In this document: positions 57,022 to 64,000 of the stretch, piece after piece
How the letters are laid out: every line of letters starts with the position of its first letter
Position numbering within the stretch: position 1 is the first letter of the stretch
DNA from: Klebsiella phage KP182
Direction: 5' to 3' (one strand)
Sequence record: OM337876.1
DNA: 64,000 bases
The notes under the pieces: generated by a model
The model's database searches: none
What the model saw: the letters and a program-made list of their open reading frames with translations, nothing else
What the model was told of the DNA's origin: nothing
Program-made: the position numbers and the translations under genes

Positions 57022-57087
57022 AACTTTGTGAAAATAATTTGGGGCATTCTAAGGAAGGATTTTGGAGGGATATAGATTTATATGGAA

Positions 57088-57112
57088 GGACCTGGAGATG
57101 ACCTCCAGGTCC
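57088..57112. terminator. 10-bp perfect hairpin GGACCUGGAG-AUGAC-CUCCAGGUCC downstream of gene 52
   Basis: Stem-loop present; the U-run is weak on both strands. Confidence 0.4.
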
Positions 57113-57186
57113 CCTAGATTAACTGAGGAGCAACAAAATTAGACCTAATACGGCAATTACAGAACCTATAATTAAATAAAATTCTA

Positions 57187-58575
57187 TCATAGTTCTTCCA
57201 GGTCTTTCAGATACTCGGCTTCAGGAGTTGTCTTTTCCCAGTACTTAACCTCTTGTGCTAGGCGTTTTGCTTCCTGAGCAAGTTTCTTCGCTTCATCATC
57301 AGTGATGTGATAGATGTTCATTGAAACGAGTTTTTCAGAATGGTCTTTGAATAGTTCATTTTGTTCAATTTCTTTAGTCAGTTGCTTGCGAGTTTTACCT
57401 TGGATAACGATGTTACCTGCGATAACCTCTTTGATAAATTGAGCTTTTGCCTGAGCAAGATTAAACGCCTGCTTAGTTTCAGCGATTTTATGCTCGATTC
57501 GTTTGGCAGTGAATGTCTTACGGACTTCTACGAAATGACGAATTAACTCACCTGAAGTTTTGAACTTATCGTTCAGCTTACCATTCTCATCGATGACTAC
57601 TATGTACTGACTCATTTTCTCAATGAGTTTAAAATCCTTCATGATTTTAGCATGACGCTGCTCAGGGTCATCGCTTAAAGCATAGTCTTTACGGAATTTA
57701 ACCTTAAAGCCAAAGCCAGTCTTAGAACAGTCATCATCATATGTGATGTATCCTGCATCTTCCAACGGGTCAAGTACTTTTTCAACGTAAGAAGCTCGTT
57801 CAAACTTGTACGGAATTTCACTGATATAGATTGAGTTCCGTGAAGTTTCTTTATACACGCCGTGCAGCTCAACAGAACCGTCTTCTGTTTGAACGATTTT
57901 TCCGTTAAATTTAGGAAACTGTACTTCAGGTTCCATCATTTCGCCACGAAGTGCTGCTTTAGTGCATTCCAAAACAGATTCAAAACTATGCGGAAGAATA
58001 GAAGTTGAATAACCTGTTGCAATACCGCGAACGCCATTCAGAAGAACAGTCGGAATTACCGGAAGATAATACGCAGGTGGAACATGTTCTTTGTCTTTAT
58101 GCACCGGAGCGATTTCTGTGTCTTTGTAGATTTTACGGAAGTTGTCAGAAATCCGGCAGAAAATATAACGACTTGCCGCAGCAGATTGAACCAGACGCGA
58201 ACCGAAGTTACCTTGTCCATCTAATAGAGGATAGTTGTTATTCCATGTGTTTGCCATCAATGCGCCAGCATCTTGGGCAGACGTTTCACCATGATGATAT
58301 CCTAAATCAGCTACACCACCGGCGACAGACGCAAGCTTATGGAATTTTTCTTTATTACCACGAGCTAAATCAAGAGCCCGAGCAATAACAAAACGCTGTA
58401 CAGGTTTAAACCCATCAATCAAGTTCGGAATAGCGCGGTTTTCTACAGTGTAAATCGCATACTCTTTTGCTTCATTATCAATGATAGATTTCAAATCGCG
58501 ATGACGAAGATTTGACGCTTTAGCCAAATCATCGATAGAACCTGCTTGTTTTAATAGAGTGTCAAAAATATCCAT
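57187..58575 (-). CDS. 52: DNA topoisomerase II medium subunit gp52
   Basis: 462 aa GyrA-like N-terminal domain at the T4 position. Confidence 0.93.
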   Translation of the reverse strand: MDIFDTLLKQAGSIDDLAKASNLRHRDLKSIIDNEAKEYAIYTVENRAIPNLIDGFKPVQRFVIARALDLARGNKEKFHKLASVAGGVADLGYHHGETSAQDAGALMANTWNNNYPLLDGQGNFGSRLVQSAAASRYIFCRISDNFRKIYKDTEIAPVHKDKEHVPPAYYLPVIPTVLLNGVRGIATGYSTSILPHSFESVLECTKAALRGEMMEPEVQFPKFNGKIVQTEDGSVELHGVYKETSRNSIYISEIPYKFERASYVEKVLDPLEDAGYITYDDDCSKTGFGFKVKFRKDYALSDDPEQRHAKIMKDFKLIEKMSQYIVVIDENGKLNDKFKTSGELIRHFVEVRKTFTAKRIEHKIAETKQAFNLAQAKAQFIKEVIAGNIVIQGKTRKQLTKEIEQNELFKDHSEKLVSMNIYHITDDEAKKLAQEAKRLAQEVKYWEKTTPEAEYLKDLEEL

Positions 58576-58580
58576 TGTAC

Positions 58581-58721
58581 CTACCAGATTAGTGAGCCGA
58601 TTTGTACTATAACATCGGAAATGAAAAGCACAATATAAATCATTCCGTAAATCATTCCATAGTACAAAACCAAAAGAATGATGGAAATAACTGCGACAGA
58701 AACTAGGAGTTTCTTAATCAT
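58581..58721 (-). CDS. Tiny membrane peptide (46 aa)
   Basis: Hand translation gives MIKKLLVSVAVISIILLVLYYGMIYGMIYIVLFISDVIVQIGSLIW; ATGA overlap with the upstream gene. Confidence 0.35.
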   Translation of the reverse strand: MIKKLLVSVAVISIILLVLYYGMIYGMIYIVLFISDVIVQIGSLIW

Positions 58722-58891
58722 TTGTAAACTCCTACAATTTTACAAATGCGCTCAAACATAATAAATGCTGCAGTGAACGCAATGCTTCCAATTACTTTAG
58801 TGGTAGGCACAAGGCCATACCACATGAATGTTCCTGAGCAAATCATTAGGGCCATCAGAAACACATAGCCCATCACGAAGAAGGTTCTCAT
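58718..58891 (-). CDS. ac: Ac-like small membrane protein (57 aa)
   Basis: Hand translation gives MRTFFVMGYVFLMALMICSGTFMWYGLVPTTKVIGSIAFTAAFIMFERICKIVGVYK; TAATG overlap with the ndd stop; the T4 ndd-ac arrangement. Confidence 0.45.
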   Translation of the reverse strand: MRTFFVMGYVFLMALMICSGTFMWYGLVPTTKVIGSIAFTAAFIMFERICKIVGVYK

Positions 58892-59346
58892 TAGTATTTC
58901 TGCAAAGTAAAGATGAAGTTATCATTCAGAATACGATTCAGCTCAGAGTAGGTCTGCGCGTCACTTGAATGCTGACGAGTAAACGCCAATGCAAGCTGAC
59001 CTTTGCCATAACCAGTGGTGAGTGGTTTCATTTTATTAGCAGGAATCCAGAACACACCGTAGGTCATGCAATTCGAGCGCAGGGTACGACCCAACTGAGA
59101 ACGCCCCGAACGGATATGAGAAAGAACACTCTCAAACCCTGCTTTTGAACGTTGTTTAGCTACAAAGAAACGAGCAGATGCACCGATATAACCTGCTTTG
59201 CCATCATTGAACATCAAAAAATAAAATCCTTCGCGCTCAGTAATTTCACGAGATGGAGCACCAGCTGCCCAATCACCGTTACGAATAGAACCGATCAGTT
59301 CTGCACCAGCTTTATCGAGATCAGCAAAAGTCATAATATTACGCAT
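58891..59346 (-). CDS. ndd: Nucleoid disruption protein Ndd
   Basis: 151 aa (the T4 Ndd length); 'GFYFL...SARF.V..QRSK.GF..VLSHIR..RSQL.RT...FLPA.KMKPLTTG.GKGQLALAFTR.H' matches T4 Ndd. Confidence 0.88.
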   Translation of the reverse strand: MRNIMTFADLDKAGAELIGSIRNGDWAAGAPSREITEREGFYFLMFNDGKAGYIGASARFFVAKQRSKAGFESVLSHIRSGRSQLGRTLRSNCMTYGVFWIPANKMKPLTTGYGKGQLALAFTRQHSSDAQTYSELNRILNDNFIFTLQKY

Positions 59347-59490
59347 GTTAATTTCCTCAGTTAATTAAAGTTTATTCTCCGATGAGGGGCCGAAGCCCCT
59401 TCTACTACCAAAAATATACTACTGCCGTTACACCACCAACCCAAAATACAAGAAGACCTGAAGCCAACAGACGATACACAATGTGTCGTT

Positions 59491-59706
59491 TCATTTTTGA
59501 CCTTCCCATACGGTTTCTACTAAAGATTTAAGGCCATCAGTCTGAATAATATCTACAGCATGAATGGCAAAATAAATTCCGAACCCGAATATAGCAACAA
59601 TTCCCAGCGCTACCGCAACGATAAAAGACAGAACAACAGTTCTCATTAAGTTAAAGCGACGATCAAAACTACTACGAATCATTATATTTTCCTCAGATGA
59701 AAGCAT
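59491..59706 (-). CDS. Small membrane protein (71 aa)
   Basis: Hydrophobic core 'VVLSFIVAVALGIVAIFGFGIYFAI'. Confidence 0.45.
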   Translation of the reverse strand: MLSSEENIMIRSSFDRRFNLMRTVVLSFIVAVALGIVAIFGFGIYFAIHAVDIIQTDGLKSLVETVWEGQK

Positions 59707-59827
59707 TAATCCAGACGTTAACTAAATCCCATGCGAAAACACCAATGAAAGTAACGATAAGGCAGAATACTACAAAGGTGTTCTTCAAAATCGTAAGTAA
59801 CTTTTTCATTTTTGTTCTCCAGTTTAG

Positions 59828-60665
<838 letters not shown>

Positions 60666-60715
60666 TTAATAACCTCTTAAATATCCAGATGATTAGCGTC
60701 ATCTGAAATTAGATA

Positions 60716-61552
60716 TTAATGATTAAACATATTTTCTAAATCTTGAGGATCATCTAACTCATAGTTGCGGATATACAGGTGCTTTACTTTACTGCCTTCG
60801 TTGCTTCTTCCTTTAAAATTTTGGCTATACATAAAATCCATATCAGTTATAATATAATCCTTGTATAACTCGCGATATAATTCGCAATCTGAGTGTATTA
60901 ACAGCCATTTTGCTGGTGTGTCTTTTAGACATTTAGCAAGCTGCCGGTGAAGAAGCTCACTTTCCCCATCGTTGTTACCGTTGCCGTAATCTGAATTGCG
61001 TTCAAAGTACGGAGGGTCCAAAAAGATAAAATCATCTTTATTGGTCATTGATATAGTTTTATCAAATCCTTGCAAATATATTTCCGAGTTCTTTAAAAAG
61101 TTGTGATGGGCCTCAGACAAATTGCACGTGAATGATTTATACCATCCAAAAGGCGCATTTAATTTACCGGTTTTAGCATTAATGCGGTCCATGCCAGAAA
61201 ACACTTGCTGCCTAATAAAAATCCATCTCAGTGTTTTAACTACAGGATCTGTATTTGTAAATTCGTCATCTCTGAATTTATAAAATAGCTTTTCGCGTTC
61301 TTCAATATCCATCGATTTCCAAATTTCAATGTTTTTCATTACTATATTAAACGAGGTTTCATCTGCCAGCGTTTTATAGCAATTTATAACATTTTCTCGT
61401 ATGTCCGATATAAGAGCAGGTTTTTCTAAGGCAAATGAAACCGCTGCACCTCCGGCAAACGGTTCTACTAAGCGTTTAAAACTAGGGAGAACCTTTTTTA
61501 TATGTTTTAATTCTTTACTTTTACCGCCTGAATATTTAAATATCGGTTTCAT
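60716..61552 (-). CDS. Second alpha-class N6-adenine DNA methyltransferase (Dam/DpnA family), distinct from T4 Dam
   Basis: 278 aa; N-terminal 'FKYSGGKSKELKHIKKVLPSFKRLVEPFAGGAAV' (Dam family motif X/I) and 'IFLDPPYF' (motif IV). Confidence 0.85.
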   Translation of the reverse strand: MKPIFKYSGGKSKELKHIKKVLPSFKRLVEPFAGGAAVSFALEKPALISDIRENVINCYKTLADETSFNIVMKNIEIWKSMDIEEREKLFYKFRDDEFTNTDPVVKTLRWIFIRQQVFSGMDRINAKTGKLNAPFGWYKSFTCNLSEAHHNFLKNSEIYLQGFDKTISMTNKDDFIFLDPPYFERNSDYGNGNNDGESELLHRQLAKCLKDTPAKWLLIHSDCELYRELYKDYIITDMDFMYSQNFKGRSNEGSKVKHLYIRNYELDDPQDLENMFNH

Positions 61553-62168
61553 TTAAGCTCTCTTTTATATCTTCAATTGTTATTCCAAACACTTTCATAA
61601 TATGAATAATTATGTCTACGGGTTTTATTCCATACCACGATGATTTAACATCATATATCTTTTTAATTAAAGCATTATTGAAAATACTAGAAGTTTTACT
61701 TGCATTTAATTTATTGATGTCTACACCAAAATATGTATGAGCATTAACTTCTTCTATTCCAATATTTTTCATTACGTGGTAATCTGCATAATCAACAGAC
61801 GGAATGGAATTTACATCGTTAGTAATTCTCATCCACATCATTTTAACATCTTTTCCAAATTGTAAACGACAAGCGTCTACAAATTGTGTAGCAAACGCTA
61901 CTGGAGCACCATGAGTATTTGAATTTCCGCTAGATTTTACATCTATAACGAGGGTTTCACCGTTTTTGCTAGCTACGATATCCACCTTATGCCCAGATTT
62001 TTTTCTTCCTGCTAACTTCATGCTAGATAGTACTACTTGGCGTTTAACCGTCCATCCGCGCTGTTGGAGTAAAGACACAATTGTGTCTTCATTCAGTTTC
62101 ATCCCTCTGGAAATTTTGGTTCCTTGCGTAACAGAACCTAAGTAATCCATTATTTTAATGTCTTTCAT
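61536..62168 (-). CDS. PD-(D/E)xK nuclease-like protein (candidate restriction-type endonuclease), first gene of the MTase operon
   Basis: 210 aa; 'HKVDIVASKNGETLVIDVK' gives D-x12-D-V-K spacing typical of the PD-(D/E)xK core; RBS GAGGAG; overlaps the MTase gene by 17 nt. Confidence 0.4.
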   Translation of the reverse strand: MKDIKIMDYLGSVTQGTKISRGMKLNEDTIVSLLQQRGWTVKRQVVLSSMKLAGRKKSGHKVDIVASKNGETLVIDVKSSGNSNTHGAPVAFATQFVDACRLQFGKDVKMMWMRITNDVNSIPSVDYADYHVMKNIGIEEVNAHTYFGVDINKLNASKTSSIFNNALIKKIYDVKSSWYGIKPVDIIIHIMKVFGITIEDIKESLNETDI

Positions 62169-62194
62169 ACTACACTCCTCATAACTAATAAGAA

Positions 62195-62225
62195 TATAGT
62201 ATCACATCCTTGCGGCAAAGTAAAC
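62195..62225 (-). promoter_or_regulatory. T4 early-type promoter for the nuclease-MTase-dam operon; right copy of the direct repeat (62195-62253)
   Basis: + strand tatagtatcac ... aaagtaaacaactttttaaaatttgtgcatgatatac. Confidence 0.5.
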
Positions 62226-62253
62226 AACTTTTTAAAATTTGTGCATGATATAC
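62195..62253. repeat. Direct repeat copy B
   Basis: See copy A. Confidence 0.5.
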
Positions 62254-62819
62254 CCGCCAGCACCAACTCGTGAAGGTTTTACTACTTCCATGAGGTGTTC
62301 GATACCGCCGGCAAACATTGGTGTGTACCGTATGACATTCTGGGACACTTCTTCTGCAACGAATATAATTATACAGTCTGCGACTTTATGTTTAAACATG
62401 GGCCCTAGATTTATTCCACTTCCATCTGGGAATGGACCATCTTTACCAGTCGTAACATTAATCCATGGCTTATGATTTGCTCGGTCATGAACAAAGTGTG
62501 TTTTAACTTCAACTCTAACACCTTGGTAGTGTGGATGAGCTAATACGTCCCAGGCCCATTCATATGGGTCGTTGTTATTATGGTCAACAACTTGATCGTT
62601 CACGTATCCATCGAGAAAATCTGCTACCACATACTCTGCCGGTATAGCAATTCTACATCTTTTAAGAACATCAATTCTATCTTGAGATGGATCGATATCT
62701 AAACTATATCTTGCAGTATCAATGATTTTTACTTTTGCTTCACCCCTTAGCTTATTCAAATCTAGGGTAAATGTCCGGAGTTGGTTCAATCTCTGCAGGG
62801 CTTTGTTCATCAATGCCAT
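62232..62819 (-). CDS. Hypothetical protein (195 aa from MALMNKAL; RBS GAGGAA), possible DenB (endonuclease IV) by position
   Basis: Adjacent to the rIIB-like gene as denB is in T4; sequence identity not verifiable from memory. Confidence 0.45.
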   Translation of the reverse strand: MALMNKALQRLNQLRTFTLDLNKLRGEAKVKIIDTARYSLDIDPSQDRIDVLKRCRIAIPAEYVVADFLDGYVNDQVVDHNNNDPYEWAWDVLAHPHYQGVRVEVKTHFVHDRANHKPWINVTTGKDGPFPDGSGINLGPMFKHKVADCIIIFVAEEVSQNVIRYTPMFAGGIEHLMEVVKPSRVGAGGYIMHKF

Positions 62820-63048
62820 AAATTCCTCTGATATGTAATTCACCAAAATAAACACGATCGTCGTGGTTACATGTGTCTGGTTCCACAACAAAATCATCAC
62901 CAAGTTCTACAAGTTCATCACAATGCAACCAAGCATAGTGAACATCACCTTCATGTTTAACTACATGATGACAAAATACCGTAGCAGCATGATGAGTACC
63001 ACGAAGATTAACAACTTTAGAATGAGATACGTTAAATGGATTAATCAT
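62752..63048 (-). CDS. Hypothetical His/Cys-rich protein (98 aa), overlapping the downstream gene by 68 nt in another frame
   Basis: ORF with GGGTGA upstream of the ATG. Confidence 0.4.
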   Translation of the reverse strand: MINPFNVSHSKVVNLRGTHHAATVFCHHVVKHEGDVHYAWLHCDELVELGDDFVVEPDTCNHDDRVYFGELHIRGIYGIDEQSPAEIEPTPDIYPRFE

Positions 63049-63060
63049 GTTTCACCCATA

Positions 63061-63086
63061 ATAAAAGAGGAGCCCGAAGGCTCCTT
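63061..63086 (-). terminator. Rho-independent terminator AGGAGCC-UUCG-GGCUCCU + U-run
   Basis: Follows the rIIB-like stop on the minus strand. Confidence 0.6.
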
Positions 63087-63090
63087 ATAA

Positions 63091-64000
63091 TTAGCGAAGT
63101 TCTGAACCCCAACGATCAGTTACATCTTCTAATACTACATAACCACATGTACGCATTTTAGCGTCATTGTAATCAACCGGGATAGATACTACATCACGCG
63201 GATGAACTTTAACTGAAACAATACGGTCAGAACCACTACCAAAGTGACCGATGTAAGATTTAGAGCAGACATGCAGACCTGCGGAACAAGTACGCTGATC
63301 ATCTTCATCTACCTGGTTACGCGGCATTGTAACAGTTTTACCCGGAGAGTTATCAAATGTGTTTGAAGCACAATCCATATAAGTGGAACGAACTACTTTC
63401 CAACCAATGAAGTGACCATCATCGGTGATATCGATATCGTTTGCATTCAGGAAATCAAACAGACGATAAACTGCACGACGAGACGGGTTCAGCATCAGGT
63501 TTTCCAGGAAAGGCAGATAACGTTTAAAGTCTTCGCCATCTTCCATAGCTCGAACGATACGCTCAGTCAGACCAGATTTCAGCTCGATATCTTTATAGAA
63601 CAAAGTACCATCTTCAATTCGGACGTTACCCTGAACGAATTTCTTGATGCCTTGTTCCAGGTTAATGTGGTCAATAGCACCAGCGATATCACCATCTACA
63701 AGTTTCTGCAGTGCAGATTTAAACCCGGGATGTTGGCTATCAGCGTTATAAGTAGTACGGCCTTCAGTAATTGAAATGAATTTGGAACTTGCTGCCCATT
63801 TAAATTCACGCTCAACTGGAGCTTCTACTTTAGCAGGAACAGCTGCCGCCGCAGCTCGAGCTTCACGCTCTTTAAACACACGCCGAATGGTGTCACGAGA
63901 AACACCATAATTCTCGGCGAGCTCTTTCTTAGTGTACAGACCGTTTTTGAAGTTTTTAACGATTGCATCTTTTTGGATTTCAGACAGACAGGTAACAGCC
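63091..64000 (-). CDS. rIIB: rIIB-like protein (3' part; N-terminus lies beyond the window end)
   Basis: The frame stays open past 64000 (a further 40 aa readable, ...ELAENYGVSRDTIRRVFKERE...). Position after the denB region matches T4; the resemblance to T4 rIIB is from memory only. Confidence 0.55.
   Translation of the reverse strand, partial: AVTCLSEIQKDAIVKNFKNGLYTKKELAENYGVSRDTIRRVFKEREARAAAAAVPAKVEAPVEREFKWAASSKFISITEGRTTYNADSQHPGFKSALQKLVDGDIAGAIDHINLEQGIKKFVQGNVRIEDGTLFYKDIELKSGLTERIVRAMEDGEDFKRYLPFLENLMLNPSRRAVYRLFDFLNANDIDITDDGHFIGWKVVRSTYMDCASNTFDNSPGKTVTMPRNQVDEDDQRTCSAGLHVCSKSYIGHFGSGSDRIVSVKVHPRDVVSIPVDYNDAKMRTCGYVVLEDVTDRWGSELR

Noticed and set aside
57071-57090. TATAAATC (one mismatch to the late promoter) on the minus strand beside the gene 52 hairpin
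   Set aside because: Single mismatch at the last position and no obvious late gene immediately downstream. Possibly fortuitous in AT-rich DNA.

Overview
T4-like (Tevenvirinae) phage segment, colinear with the T4 map from the 3' end of gene 22 to rIIB. Order found: 22(C-term)-23-24 | rnlB-hoc-inh | uvsW-uvsW.1 | uvsY.-2-uvsY-25-26 | 51-27-28-29-48-54 | alt-30-30.x-rIII-31-cd-pseT-spanins-alc-rnlA-denA-nrdB-nrdA | I-TevI-like HEG | td-frd-32-59-33-dsbA-rnh | 34-35-36-37-(38 position)-t | asiA-arn region-motA-52-ac-ndd | dam + second m6A MTase + nuclease-like gene | denB region-rIIB(partial). Protein identities to T4 are moderate (about 60-75% by eye), so this is a T4 relative rather than T4 itself. 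Regulatory grammar is T4-like: TATAAATA late promoters, including two divergent overlapping pairs; a family of sigma70 early promoters (GTTTAC -35, TGnTACTAT -10) on the minus strand; and many GC-stem tetraloop hairpin terminators. The most system-like novelty is a minus-strand early operon at 59.8-62.3 kb holding a T4 Dam orthologue, a second Dam-family N6-adenine methyltransferase and a 210-aa PD-(D/E)xK-like nuclease candidate. This DpnII/MboI-like cassette sits in the ndd-denB interval, where T4 does not carry dam, and is flanked by about 50-bp direct repeats. Other notable items: a free-standing full-length I-TevI homologue next to an intronless td whose cognate site differs only by synonymous changes; a 338-nt GC-rich structured non-coding block between rIII and the 30.x genes; a 1473-aa gp37 with a C-terminal autoproteolytic chaperone domain plus an unrecognised 175-aa ORF at the gp38 position; a SLOG/DprA-like protein; and accessory islands at the 30.x and arn positions. 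No tRNA, CRISPR, integrase or introns were seen.
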